Of a stretch of 64,000 nt of DNA, positions 28,177 through 38,241 are shown one piece after another. The position numbers were made by a program, and so were the translations under genes. The notes under the pieces were generated by a model. That model had not been told where the DNA came from. It searched no databases and worked only from the letters and a program-made list of their open reading frames with translations. Each line of letters begins with the position of its first letter. Position 1 is the stretch's first letter. This DNA comes from Minisyncoccota bacterium (GTDB lineage Bacteria; Patescibacteriota; Minisyncoccia; Phycocordibacterales; UBA9973), in assembly GCA_041650615.1 (NCBI GenBank), contig JBAZKU010000001.1:524854-588853 (forward strand), in the 5' to 3' direction.

Positions 28177-30108
28177 ATGCCACTTCACGATAGAGATAAA
28201 TTAAATAGATTAGAAGAGCTAAAAAGCAAGCTCTTTAATAAAGATTACCAAACAAAAATCGAACATCGCGACAGCTTCCCGCATTTCCAAAAAAGGGAAG
28301 TAATGGACTCTTGGATAAAAAAAGAAAATACTGAACCAAACTTAGGAGAAAAATTTTTTATGAAAACGTCCATGTTTAAGAAATTTTTTATATTTTCCAT
28401 AGTTTTTTTTATTTTAGCAATAGGCTATGCTGCTTATACATTTTTTGCCAATAGCAATAGTGTTTCCAACGACAATATCGATATTTCCGTACTCAGTAAT
28501 GCTTTCACTGCCGGCGGAGAGGATTATTCTCTTTTACTGGAAATAACAAATAAAAACAATTCTCCCCTTGAACTTGCTGATCTCATAATAGAATATCCGA
28601 ATGGTTCACAAGAGAGTTCCCAGGGAGACAGCGATCATTTGCGTCTATCTTTAGGGACAATTCCAGCCGGAGGAATAAAAAATGAGAATGTAAATATAAT
28701 ACTTTTTGGCGAACAGGGAAGTACGAGTGAAATAAAAATTTCCCTTGAGTATAGAGTAGAAGGTTCAAACGCTATTTTTGTAAAAGAAAAAACTTATAAT
28801 GTTTCTATAAATTCCACGCCCATAAATCTTTCAATTGACGCTCCCACTGAAGCAACTTCCAATCAAAATATCAATCTTGGCGTAAAGGCTACTTTAAACT
28901 CTACTAAATCTGCCTCTAATATGCTTCTGAAAGTTGATTACCCAATTGGTTTTCAATTTGTGAAAGCAACACCTGCGCCGTCCTTGGGTAATAATATTTG
29001 GAATCTAGGAGATCTTGCACCTGGCATGGAACGCAGTATTTCCATTTCTGGTAAAATGATTGATGTTTTTGATGGAGAACAGAAAGTTTTTAGAGCGTGG
29101 AGCGGATCCCAATCTCCTACAGACAAATCTTTGATCGGAGTTGTTTTTAATTCTCTAGAACATATTGTTATGATAACGAAGCCCTCAATTAATGCAGAGC
29201 TTCTCGTAAATGGTGTTTTGGATACAAAGTATGTTATAGACACCAAGACTCCGATTCAAGGACAAATACAGTGGACAAATAATCTGGAAACAAAAATAAA
29301 TAATTTGAAAATTGTGGCAAAGATTTCCGGCAATGCGGTTAATCGGGGGACAATATCAGGAGGACAAGGTTTCTACAGTTCGTCGCAAGATATGATAACT
29401 TGGGATAAGAATTCTCAAAGCCAATTTGCGGAAATAAATCCAGGAGATTCTGGATCCGTATCTTTTTCTCTTTCCTCTCTTTCTCTTTTTTCTGCCGCTG
29501 GCGGGATTATATCTTCCCCTTCTATTAATATAGATGTTTCTATTACAGGTGAACAGGCGCAAAGCAGTGGTAGTATTACGGAATTAAGCAATGAAAGTTC
29601 CAAAGTTATAAAAGTTATTTCCGATATTGGACTTTCAAATAAGGTGCTTTATAGTTCAGGGGTATTTACAAATAGCGGGCCAATACCTCCCAAAGTGGAA
29701 CAGAAAACAACTTATACTATTGTTTGGTCCCTTTCCAATACTGCAAATAATATTTCAAAAGCCAAAGTAGTTTCTACCCTTCCGCCCTGGGTGCGATTTA
29801 TCGGGTCATTTTCCCCAACAACAGAAGATTTAACTTTTAATGATTCCACAAAAGAAATAGTTTGGAATATCGGAGGAATTCCAGCAGGTACCGGCATTAC
29901 CGGAGCGGACAGAGAGGTTTCTTTTCAAATAGAGCTTACTCCTTCGCTTTCCCAGGTTGGCACTATGCCTGTTCTCGTAAACGATACAACTTTGACCGGA
30001 TACGATGATTTTGCTAATGTGGATGTGAGAGTAAATAAAGCATCACTTAATACCAGATTGCTAAATGATCCTAGTTTCCCAGCCAGTGGAGATAGAGTGG
30101 TAGAATAA
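28177..30108 (+). CDS. Membrane-anchored protein with Ig-like (DUF11-like) domains
   Basis: One TM helix near aa 70-90, then beta-rich repeats (WNLGDLAPG, WNIGGIPAG). Confidence 0.7.
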   Translation: MPLHDRDKLNRLEELKSKLFNKDYQTKIEHRDSFPHFQKREVMDSWIKKENTEPNLGEKFFMKTSMFKKFFIFSIVFFILAIGYAAYTFFANSNSVSNDNIDISVLSNAFTAGGEDYSLLLEITNKNNSPLELADLIIEYPNGSQESSQGDSDHLRLSLGTIPAGGIKNENVNIILFGEQGSTSEIKISLEYRVEGSNAIFVKEKTYNVSINSTPINLSIDAPTEATSNQNINLGVKATLNSTKSASNMLLKVDYPIGFQFVKATPAPSLGNNIWNLGDLAPGMERSISISGKMIDVFDGEQKVFRAWSGSQSPTDKSLIGVVFNSLEHIVMITKPSINAELLVNGVLDTKYVIDTKTPIQGQIQWTNNLETKINNLKIVAKISGNAVNRGTISGGQGFYSSSQDMITWDKNSQSQFAEINPGDSGSVSFSLSSLSLFSAAGGIISSPSINIDVSITGEQAQSSGSITELSNESSKVIKVISDIGLSNKVLYSSGVFTNSGPIPPKVEQKTTYTIVWSLSNTANNISKAKVVSTLPPWVRFIGSFSPTTEDLTFNDSTKEIVWNIGGIPAGTGITGADREVSFQIELTPSLSQVGTMPVLVNDTTLTGYDDFANVDVRVNKASLNTRLLNDPSFPASGDRVVE

Positions 30109-30118
30109 TAAAATTTTT

Positions 30119-31447
30119 ATGGAAAAAAAGAATGAAAATTTGATGGAAAAAATAATTTCGCTTTGTAAAAGACGAGGGTTTGTTTTTCCAGGCTCTGAAA
30201 TTTATGGAGGACTCGGCGGTACTTATGATTGGGGACATTTCGGAGTAGCTCTAAAAAATAATATTAAACAAAGTTGGTGGAAAAAGTTTGTGGACAACAG
30301 ACGCGACATGTATGGTATTGATGCGGCAATTTTAATGCGTCAAGAAGTTTGGCAAGCTTCTGGACATGTGGCAGGTTTTGCGGACCCAATGGTGGAATGC
30401 GAGAAATGCAAAAAAAAATTTCGGGCAGATCAAATTGAAATTAAAAACAAATGTATAGAATGTGGAGGTAAATTAGGCGAAACAAAGCAATTTAATATGA
30501 TGTTTCAGACAAAAGTTGGGGCATCGGAAGACTCTTCTGCCGTATCATATTTGCGTCCGGAAACAGCTCAAGGGATGTTTGTAAATTTCAAGAATACCGT
30601 GGATGCTTTTCATCCGAAATTGCCTTTCGGTATGGCGCAAATTGGCAAAGCTTTTAGAAATGAAATAACTCCCAGGGATTTTGTCTTTAGAGTTCGTGAA
30701 TTTGAGCAAATGGAAATAGAATATTTTATCAGAAAAGAAGATTGGGAAAAATATTTTGAATATTGGAAAGGCGAGATGCTTGAATGGATGGAAGAAGTGG
30801 GGATTGATATGTCAAAAGTGCATGAGCTTGAAGTTCCGGATGGAGATCGCGCTCATTATTCCAAAAGGACAATAGATTTTGAATTTGATTATCCTTTTGG
30901 GAAAAAAGAACTTTTCGGTCTTGCCTATAGGACAGATTTTGATTTAAAAAGTCACAAACTTGACTATATTGATGAGGAAAAAAGTGAAAAAACAATTCCG
31001 CATGTTATAGAACCGACTTTTGGAGTGGACAGAGCGGTACTAGCCTTATTGTTATCTTCTTATTCTGAGGACCCCGAAGGAAAGCAAGAAGCTTCCGACG
31101 GGGCAGGCGAGAGAGAACCAAGAGTTTATCTCAAGTTTAAACCTAATATTGCTCCGATTATCTGTGCGGTCTCTCCATTGCTTAAAAATAAGCCAGAACT
31201 TGTTGAATATGCGAACACAAAAGTATTTGCTCCTCTTAAGGCGGAATTTGGCCGAGTAATTTGGGACGACAATGGTAACATTGGCAAGCGTTATCGCCGA
31301 CAAGACGAAATCGGTACGCCATTTTGTATTGTAGTTGATTTTGATACTTTAACTGATGATACTGTTACCGTCCGCGATAGAGATACGGGAGAACAGGAAA
31401 GAATTAAAGTGGAAAATCTGAAAGATTATATTAAAGAAAAAATATAA
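30119..31447 (+). CDS. glyQS: Glycine--tRNA ligase, homodimeric type
   Basis: CKRRGF..P.SEIYGG, YLRPETAQG, FRVREFEQME, PHVIEP.FG.DR, IGKRYRRQDEIGTP. Confidence 0.96.
   Translation: MEKKNENLMEKIISLCKRRGFVFPGSEIYGGLGGTYDWGHFGVALKNNIKQSWWKKFVDNRRDMYGIDAAILMRQEVWQASGHVAGFADPMVECEKCKKKFRADQIEIKNKCIECGGKLGETKQFNMMFQTKVGASEDSSAVSYLRPETAQGMFVNFKNTVDAFHPKLPFGMAQIGKAFRNEITPRDFVFRVREFEQMEIEYFIRKEDWEKYFEYWKGEMLEWMEEVGIDMSKVHELEVPDGDRAHYSKRTIDFEFDYPFGKKELFGLAYRTDFDLKSHKLDYIDEEKSEKTIPHVIEPTFGVDRAVLALLLSSYSEDPEGKQEASDGAGEREPRVYLKFKPNIAPIICAVSPLLKNKPELVEYANTKVFAPLKAEFGRVIWDDNGNIGKRYRRQDEIGTPFCIVVDFDTLTDDTVTVRDRDTGEQERIKVENLKDYIKEKI
31070..31107 (+). repeat. 38-bp in-frame insert (family B) in glyQS
   Basis: gaccccgaaggaaagcaagaagcttccgacggggcagg; encodes DPEGKQEASDGAG. 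Confidence 0.75.
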
Positions 31448-31451
31448 ATGA

Positions 31452-31521
31452 ATCCCGTTAGAAATCCAATAATGGGAAAGTAGTGTAAAAAATTATTAAT
31501 TATTTTAATTTCTAACGAGAT
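31452..31521. repeat. 70-bp intergenic element with 14-bp terminal inverted repeats; its right end supplies the next start codon
   Basis: atcccgttagaaat ... atttctaacgagat (1 mismatch); a solo left end atctcgttagaaat lies at 33898-33911. Confidence 0.7.
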
Positions 31522-32788
31522 GAAGTTTAAGAAAACTATTTTTAAAAATGGCCTGCGAGTAATAACCGTGCCGATGAAAGATAATCCGACGGTGACTGTT
31601 TTGGTATTGGTGGAAGCAGGGTCAAAGTATGAAGCAAAAAAGATAAACGGCATATCTCATTTTTTGGAACATATGTGTTTTAAGGGAACAATCAAGAGAC
31701 CAAAAGCGATAGATATTTCAAAAGAATTGGACGCTCTCGGTTCTGAGTATAATGCTTTTACGACTCAGGAATATACTGGATATTATGCAAAATCCGACGC
31801 CAAGCATTTTAAGCAGATTTTTGACGTGGTTTCGGATATTTATTTAAACTCAACTTTTCCGGAAGCTGAAATGCAAAAAGAAAAAGGTGTTATCGTTGAA
31901 GAAATAAATATGTATGAAGATATGCCCAATCAACATGTTCAGGATTTAATAATGCAGCTTCTCTATGGCAACCAGCCAGCAGGATGGAATATTGCCGGTC
32001 CCAAAAAAAATATTTTAAATATGAAACGCGATGATTTTATAGAATATAAAAAGGCTCATTATTTGCCGGAGGCAACAACAATAGTAGTGGCGGGGAAAGT
32101 CGGCGAAAAGGAAATAATAAAGGAAACAAAAAAAGTTTTTGAAAGAATTCCACGTGGTAAAAAAGCGCAAAAGTTGAAAGTAAAAGAAATACAAACAAGA
32201 CCTGAGGCCTTGATTAGTTTTAAGAGAACAGATCAAACGCATTTCGTTTTAGGCATGCGCAGCTATAATTTATTTGATAAAAAAAATGCAGCGCTTTCTG
32301 TACTGGCCGGAATTCTGGGAGGGGGAATGAGTTCGTGGCTTTTTCAGAAATTGCGCGAAGAACTAGGCGTTTGTTATTATGTGCGTGCCCATAATGATAT
32401 TTATACCGACCATGGTTTCCTTCAAATTTCTGCTGGAATAGACAATAAGAGAGTAGACGAAGTTTTAAAAGTGGTGCTTCTGGAATGCAGAAAATTAAAA
32501 GAAAAAGAGATTTCCGAAGAAGAACTGAATAAAGTAAAAGAATTTTTGATAGGCAATATGAGGCTTTCTCTTGAATCAACGGATGAAATTGCAAGCTTTT
32601 ATGGGTTACAAGAGCTTTTAAAACATAAAATAGAAGAAGCCGAGAAAAGGGCCAGTGAAATCAGGAAAGTTACAAGAAGCCAGATTAAATCTTTAGCGAA
32701 TCATATTTTTAAAAATGATAAGCTCAATTTAGCCCTTATCGGACCTTTTAAAAGCAGATCCAGGTTCTTAAAGATATTGAAGTTCTAG
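31520..32788 (+). CDS. M16 family zinc peptidase
   Basis: NGLRV, GISHFLEHM.FKGT (HxxEH), NAFT, EK.VI.EEI, GGGMSS.LFQ.LRE..G. Confidence 0.93.
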   Translation: MKFKKTIFKNGLRVITVPMKDNPTVTVLVLVEAGSKYEAKKINGISHFLEHMCFKGTIKRPKAIDISKELDALGSEYNAFTTQEYTGYYAKSDAKHFKQIFDVVSDIYLNSTFPEAEMQKEKGVIVEEINMYEDMPNQHVQDLIMQLLYGNQPAGWNIAGPKKNILNMKRDDFIEYKKAHYLPEATTIVVAGKVGEKEIIKETKKVFERIPRGKKAQKLKVKEIQTRPEALISFKRTDQTHFVLGMRSYNLFDKKNAALSVLAGILGGGMSSWLFQKLREELGVCYYVRAHNDIYTDHGFLQISAGIDNKRVDEVLKVVLLECRKLKEKEISEEELNKVKEFLIGNMRLSLESTDEIASFYGLQELLKHKIEEAEKRASEIRKVTRSQIKSLANHIFKNDKLNLALIGPFKSRSRFLKILKF

Positions 32789-32826
32789 ATATTTTAAATT
32801 AGGTATTTTTGTGGTATTATACCCGT

Positions 32827-33894
32827 ATGGTTGAGAAGAATAATATTACCTCTTTTTCAATAAGTACCGGTACCATAATCCGATTCTTTCTTGTCGCGCT
32901 CGGACTTTTTTTAATTTGGTATTTGCGAGATTTATTTCTTGTTCTTTTGACTGCTATTATCTTAGCTTCTTTTGTGGAAGCAGCCGTCCCTCATTTTAAA
33001 AAGATAAAAATTAACAGAATTTTTGCAGTGGTTATAGTTTATATTTCCACAATTCTTATGCTGGCTCTTTTATTTTATCTTTTTGTGCCACTTTTAATAA
33101 CGGAAGTTTATAATTTTTCCGTTTTCTTGTCTTCTTATGTTCCAAATTCTCCAATTTTAAATTACTTCACCAATGATGCATTTTCCGGAGCGAAAGATAT
33201 TATCAATAATCTTTCACATAGTTTGTCTCTTACTACTCTTATTTCTACTTCCAATGCCTTTATTAGTAATCTTTCTGCAGGGTTTTTCCAAGTATTTTCT
33301 GTAGCTTTCGGAGGCATTTTTAATTTGGTGCTGATTGTTCTTATTTCTTTTTATCTTTCAATTCAAGAAAGAGGAATAGAGAAATTTTTAAGAATTATTT
33401 TACCTTTAGAATATGAAGAATACGCGGTTGATTTATGGGGACGTTCACGCCGAAAAATTGCGTTATGGATGAAGGGACAATTGCTTTTAGTTGTTTTAAT
33501 CACCATTTTGACTTATTTGATGCTTTCTCTTTTGGGAATTCAATATGCTCTTCTTCTGTCCATTATCGCTGGTTTAATGGAACTTGTGCCTTACGGTATT
33601 TTGGTTGCGCTCGTTCCGGCTGTTTACTTTTCTTTTCTTTCTGGGGGAATTCCAAGTGCGCTGATGGTTGCCGGAGCTTATACTATTCTTCATGAATTTG
33701 AAGTTTTTCTTTTTTCTCCTTTGATTATAAAAAGCGTAGTAGGTCTTTCCCCGTTGGTGGTAATTCTTGCGGCGACAATAGGATTTGAATTGGGCGGATT
33801 TTGGGGGTTAATTCTCGCCATTCCGGTGGCTGTTTTTGTAATGGAATTACTGGATGATCTCGAAAAAAAGAAAGTTTCTTCCAGAAATAAATAA
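32827..33894 (+). CDS. AI-2E (PerM) family transporter
   Basis: Multi-TM; LMELVPYG, VGLSPLVV, GGFWGLILAIP; ATG 32827 lies 6 nt after TGGTATTAT. Confidence 0.88.
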   Translation: MVEKNNITSFSISTGTIIRFFLVALGLFLIWYLRDLFLVLLTAIILASFVEAAVPHFKKIKINRIFAVVIVYISTILMLALLFYLFVPLLITEVYNFSVFLSSYVPNSPILNYFTNDAFSGAKDIINNLSHSLSLTTLISTSNAFISNLSAGFFQVFSVAFGGIFNLVLIVLISFYLSIQERGIEKFLRIILPLEYEEYAVDLWGRSRRKIALWMKGQLLLVVLITILTYLMLSLLGIQYALLLSIIAGLMELVPYGILVALVPAVYFSFLSGGIPSALMVAGAYTILHEFEVFLFSPLIIKSVVGLSPLVVILAATIGFELGGFWGLILAIPVAVFVMELLDDLEKKKVSSRNK

Positions 33895-33912
33895 TGAATC
33901 TCGTTAGAAATT

Positions 33913-35361
33913 ATGATGAAAAAAAATAGCTTTTACATTACGACAACCCTGCCTTATGTAAATGCGCCTCTTCATATGGGGCATGCGCTTGAACTTGTGC
34001 GAGCGGATACGATTGCTCGGTATAAAAAACTTATCGGGTACGATGTTTATTTCAATACCGGAACAGATGAACACGGTATTAAAGTATACGAAAAAGCCAA
34101 AGAAAAAAAATTAAAAGTTCAAGATTTTGTTGACCAAGGTTTTGAAACATTTAAAAATCAGCTAAAAATGTTCGGCATTACAGGAGAAGCGCATTTCGTT
34201 CGCACCACAGACAAACATCACGAGAGTACAGCGCAAGAGTTTTGGAAAAGAGTGAAAAATAACGGCTTTATTTATAAAAAAAATTATGAGGCGAAATATT
34301 GTACGGGGTGTGAGAGTGAGAAAACAGATTCTGATTTAAATGAATGCGGAGAGTGCCTGCTTCATCCGGGGCTGGAATTAAAAATAATAAATGAAGAAAA
34401 TTACTTTTTTAAATACTCGTCCTTTGGCAAACAGCTTTTAGATTTATACGAAAAGAATCCGGATTTTGTTGTTCCGGAATTCAGACTAAATGAAATAAAA
34501 AATTTTGTTCAGGGCGGTTTGCAGGATTTTTCGATTTCCAGATTAAAAGAAAAAATGCCGTGGGGAATACCTGTTCCCGGGGATGATACTCAAGTGATGT
34601 ATGTTTGGTTTGACGCGTTAACCAATTATATTTCTACTCTTGGCTGGCCCGAAAATACTGAACAGTTTGAAAAATATTGGATAAATGGCAATCCTACGCA
34701 GTATTGCGGAAAAGACAATACTCGTTTTCAAGGGGCAATGTGGCAAGCAATGCTTATGGCTGCGGGGTTACCCCCCTCGCATCAAATAGTAGTTGATGGT
34801 TTTATTACGGGTGAAGGTGGGATAAGAATGTCTAAAACTCTTGGTAATGTGGTTGATCCGAGGGATATTGTGAATGAATATGGGACTGATGCATTGAGAT
34901 ATTTTTTACTTCGCGAAGTTTCTTCCTTTGAAGACAGTCCTTTTACCATGGAACGATTCAAGGATGCATATAATTCGGGGCTGGCAAATGGGTTAGGGAA
35001 TTTATCTTCAAGAATTTTAACTCTTTCGGGAAAATATTTGGAGAAATACCCGGAAATTTCTGAAAATCTAATTTCACAGGAATTTTTTGATTATTTGGAA
35101 AAATTTGATATTCAAAAAGCGACTGAATATATTTGGCACAAAATAAGTGAACTCGATAAGTCTATTCAAGAAACAGAGCCGTTTAAAGTTGTAAAAGTAG
35201 ATAAAATAAAAGGAGAAAAAATAATTTCTAATATGGTTGTTCAATTATATGAAATAGCCAAAATGTTAAAGCCAATAATGCCTGAAACTTCAGAAAAAAT
35301 AAAAAAATTAATCAAAGAAAACAAAAAACCGGAAAAGCCACTGTTTTTAAGGAAAGAATAA
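33913..35361 (+). CDS. metG: Methionine--tRNA ligase (short form)
   Basis: YITTTLPYVN..LHMGH, TGTDEHG, YVWFDAL.NY, RMSKTLGN. Confidence 0.95.
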   Translation: MMKKNSFYITTTLPYVNAPLHMGHALELVRADTIARYKKLIGYDVYFNTGTDEHGIKVYEKAKEKKLKVQDFVDQGFETFKNQLKMFGITGEAHFVRTTDKHHESTAQEFWKRVKNNGFIYKKNYEAKYCTGCESEKTDSDLNECGECLLHPGLELKIINEENYFFKYSSFGKQLLDLYEKNPDFVVPEFRLNEIKNFVQGGLQDFSISRLKEKMPWGIPVPGDDTQVMYVWFDALTNYISTLGWPENTEQFEKYWINGNPTQYCGKDNTRFQGAMWQAMLMAAGLPPSHQIVVDGFITGEGGIRMSKTLGNVVDPRDIVNEYGTDALRYFLLREVSSFEDSPFTMERFKDAYNSGLANGLGNLSSRILTLSGKYLEKYPEISENLISQEFFDYLEKFDIQKATEYIWHKISELDKSIQETEPFKVVKVDKIKGEKIISNMVVQLYEIAKMLKPIMPETSEKIKKLIKENKKPEKPLFLRKE

Positions 35362-35362
35362 A

Positions 35363-36181
35363 ATGATTCCTAAATATATTGATATCCATGCGCATGTGAA
35401 TTTTAAAGCCTTTGAAGAAGACCATGAGGCTGTTATTCGAAGGGCCCTGGATAACAATACTTGGTTTTTTAATGTCGGTACCCAGGTTGATACTTCTCGT
35501 GCTGCTGTAAAAATGGCAAATAGATATCAAGAGGGTGTTTTTGCTGTCGTTGGTTTGCATCCGATACACACAGACGTTTCATATCATGATAAAAAAGAAT
35601 TGGGTGAAGGAGGAAAAGAATTTGCTTCCCGCGGTGAGATTTTTGATAAAAATATTTACAGAGAATTTTTAAAAGATCCGAAGGTTGTAGCCATAGGCGA
35701 GTGTGGTCTGGACTATTATCACATGAACGGAGAATCGCTGAAAAAACAAAGGAAAGCATTCATTGAACAAATAGAACTGGCAAATGAAGTTAAAAAGCCC
35801 TTAATGTTGCATATAAGAGATGCATACAAAGATTCGTTGGAAATTTTAAAAAAATATGCAAAAGTAAAAGGCGTAGTCCATTTTTTTGTTGGGAATACGA
35901 AAGAAGCAAAAGGCTTTCTTGATTTTGGATTTATGCTTTCTTTTACCGGTGTTTTAACTTTTACTCATGATTATGACGAAGTGGTGAAAAATACTCCGCT
36001 TAATATGATATTAACCGACACGGATTCGCCTTATGTGGCGCCAATTCCATATCGTGGAAAACGCAACGAGCCCGTATATGTAAAAGAAGTGGTAAAAAAA
36101 ATTGCCGAAATTAAAAACTTGCCCGAAACGGAAGTCGCGAAGGCCATTATAGCGAACGCCAAAAGACTTTTTGACATTTAA
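35363..36181 (+). CDS. tatD: TatD family DNase
   Basis: IDIHAH, GLHP, AIGECGLDY, LHIRDA, TDSPY.AP...RGKRNEP. Confidence 0.93.
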   Translation: MIPKYIDIHAHVNFKAFEEDHEAVIRRALDNNTWFFNVGTQVDTSRAAVKMANRYQEGVFAVVGLHPIHTDVSYHDKKELGEGGKEFASRGEIFDKNIYREFLKDPKVVAIGECGLDYYHMNGESLKKQRKAFIEQIELANEVKKPLMLHIRDAYKDSLEILKKYAKVKGVVHFFVGNTKEAKGFLDFGFMLSFTGVLTFTHDYDEVVKNTPLNMILTDTDSPYVAPIPYRGKRNEPVYVKEVVKKIAEIKNLPETEVAKAIIANAKRLFDI

Positions 36182-36203
36182 GAACAAAATTGCTAACATA
36201 CTT

Positions 36204-36280
36204 AAGTCTCACTTGTTCCGACCCTGAAGTCGGAACACAAACCCTCGCCGACGGTGGGGTGAAGGTCCGAAATGAGATTT
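36204..36280 (+). promoter_or_regulatory. Structured leader upstream of rpsF-ssb-rpsR (candidate autoregulatory RNA)
   Basis: Closing stem aagtctca/tgagattt encloses a perfect 9-bp hairpin tgttccgac/gtcggaaca and a second GC-rich hairpin at 36241-36260. Confidence 0.45.
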
Positions 36281-36307
36281 ATTAAGAAATAATTATTAAT
36301 TAGGCAA

Positions 36308-36796
36308 ATGGAGAGTAATAACGAAAATATAGAAACAAATTCCCGCGTATATGAACTCGGTTATCTTTTAGTACCCACTTTATCTCTAGAAAATATGCCA
36401 ATTTCTTACGGTAATCTGAAAGATCTTATTATTAGCTTGGGAGGGGAAATAATTTCGGATGAAATACCGAAAACAATAAATTTAGCTTATACAATAGCTA
36501 AAGTCACCCAAAATGTACGAAATAAGTTTGATATGGCATATTTCGGTTGGGTTAAATTTGAAATAAATCCGGAAAAAGTTTTAGAATTGAAAAAGAAACT
36601 TAATATTGACCCAAACTTCATTAGATTTTTAATCCTGAAAACAGTAAGAGAGAATACTATTGCCGCTAAAAGATTTATACATAAGGATTCCAGAAGAAAA
36701 ATGCCGACTGTAAAAAAAGAAGGAGAAAATGAAACATCTCTGCCTATTGATAAAGAAGAAATAGATAAAGAAATAGATGCTATGGTCGCAGTATAA
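36308..36796 (+). CDS. rpsF: 30S ribosomal protein S6
   Basis: YELGYLLVP, LAYTI, AYFGWVKF, FIRFLILK; rpsF-ssb-rpsR synteny. Confidence 0.88.
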   Translation: MESNNENIETNSRVYELGYLLVPTLSLENMPISYGNLKDLIISLGGEIISDEIPKTINLAYTIAKVTQNVRNKFDMAYFGWVKFEINPEKVLELKKKLNIDPNFIRFLILKTVRENTIAAKRFIHKDSRRKMPTVKKEGENETSLPIDKEEIDKEIDAMVAV

Positions 36797-36830
36797 ATTA
36801 ATTATATTATAAATTTAATAAATAAAAATT

Positions 36831-37292
36831 ATGTATTTAAATAAAGCAATTGTAATAGGAAATTTAACTCGCGACCCGGAAATCCGTTCTCTTCCTTCAG
36901 GGATAAAAGTTTGTTCATTTTCTCTTGCCACTAATCGTGTTTGGAAAGATAAAAATGGCGCGCGCCAAGAATCCACAGATTATCATAATATTGTAGTTTT
37001 TGGACGCCAGGCAGAAACAATCGCCCAATATATGAAAAAAGGAAGTTCTTTATTGGTCGAAGGCAGAATGCAGACAAGAAGCTGGGAGGATAAAACAAGC
37101 GGAGAAAAAAAATACCGCACAGAAATAGTAGCAGATCGTACTCAATTTGGTCCGAAGAGCGGAAGCGGAAATACAAGCGGAACATCTCAAAGCGCGGAAT
37201 CCGGTAAGACGTCAGGTAAAAAAGATTCTGAAACAATTGACACCATAGAATATCCGGAAGAAGATATTAATCCCGAAGATATACCATTTTAA
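36831..37292 (+). CDS. ssb: Single-stranded DNA-binding protein
   Basis: LNKAIVIGNLTRDPE, VEGRMQTRSW, C-terminal EDIPF. Confidence 0.97.
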   Translation: MYLNKAIVIGNLTRDPEIRSLPSGIKVCSFSLATNRVWKDKNGARQESTDYHNIVVFGRQAETIAQYMKKGSSLLVEGRMQTRSWEDKTSGEKKYRTEIVADRTQFGPKSGSGNTSGTSQSAESGKTSGKKDSETIDTIEYPEEDINPEDIPF

Positions 37293-37306
37293 AAATAAAT
37301 AAATTT

Positions 37307-37507
37307 ATGAAACAAGATTATTTTTCAGCCAATAATATAAAATATATAGACTATAAGGATGTTGAAATCTTAAAAAAGTTTTTGAATCCTAACGGTAAAA
37401 TAGTAAACCATAAACGCACCGGCGTAACAACTAAGAATCAACGCCAACTCGCTAGCGCTGTCAAAAATGCGCGGTTTTTAGGCTTGCTTCCCTTTATTGC
37501 CAAGTAA
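37307..37507 (+). CDS. rpsR: 30S ribosomal protein S18
   Basis: IDYKDVEILKKF, GKI...RTG...K.QR.L..AVK.AR.LGLLP. Confidence 0.95.
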   Translation: MKQDYFSANNIKYIDYKDVEILKKFLNPNGKIVNHKRTGVTTKNQRQLASAVKNARFLGLLPFIAK

Positions 37508-37557
37508 ATTTAAATTATAAATAAACCTCATCACCAGGTGATGGGGCAAAAGAAAAC

Positions 37558-38133
37558 ATGCTTCAATATAACGAAATTAGAGAAAAAAAAATCATTATAT
37601 ATGATGATGAACCTTGCGAGGTGATAGATTCTCATGTTGCAAGAACCCAACAGAGAAAACCGCAAAATCAAGTGAAATTAAAAAGTTTAATTTCCGGTAA
37701 AACGATTGCGGCCACTTTTCATGTTTCCGATTCCGCCGATGAGGCAGATATAGAAAAAAGAGAAATAAAATTTCTTTATCATAATAGAGGTGAGTATTGG
37801 TTTTGCCCTCCAGAAGACCCCAAAAATAGATTTAAATTGGATACATCTCTCATTGGTGATGCGGGTAAATTCTTTAAAGAAAACGGAATAGTCACTGCTT
37901 TAGTTTGGAGTAATGAAGAGGATGAAGAAAAAATCATAAAAATAACCTTGCCTATTAAAATGGAATTTAAAGTAAAAGAGGCGCCTCCGGCTGTGCGAGG
38001 GGATACTTCTAAAAGTGGTAATAAAATAATTACGCTGGAAAATGGTTCAACTATAAACGCTCCGATGTTTATAGAAGAAGGAGACATCATTCGCCTAAAT
38101 ACTGAAACAGGGGAATATGTAGAGAGGGTGTAA
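37558..38133 (+). CDS. efp: Elongation factor P
   Basis: PPAVRGDT, ITLENG..I.AP.FIEEGD.I..NTETGEYVER. Confidence 0.9.
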   Translation: MLQYNEIREKKIIIYDDEPCEVIDSHVARTQQRKPQNQVKLKSLISGKTIAATFHVSDSADEADIEKREIKFLYHNRGEYWFCPPEDPKNRFKLDTSLIGDAGKFFKENGIVTALVWSNEEDEEKIIKITLPIKMEFKVKEAPPAVRGDTSKSGNKIITLENGSTINAPMFIEEGDIIRLNTETGEYVERV

Positions 38134-38136
38134 AAT

Positions 38137-38241
38137 AAAAAATCCAAAATAGCTGCTTTTTCACGGCTCGCACTCGAACCTGAATGTGGTTCACGAACCT
38201 AATATTGCGTATGCCGAAAAAAGCACTATTTTTGATTTTTT
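38137..38241. repeat. ~105-bp long imperfect hairpin filling the efp/recA convergent spacer
   Basis: aaaaaatc-caaaatag-c-tgcttttt..cggc.cgca pairs with tgcg...gccg-aaaaaagca-ctatttt.gatttttt. Confidence 0.6.

Noticed and set aside
36204-36280. Hammerhead or HDV-like ribozyme
   Set aside because: CTGAAGT does not match CUGANGA, and I could not build the required stems or pseudoknot.
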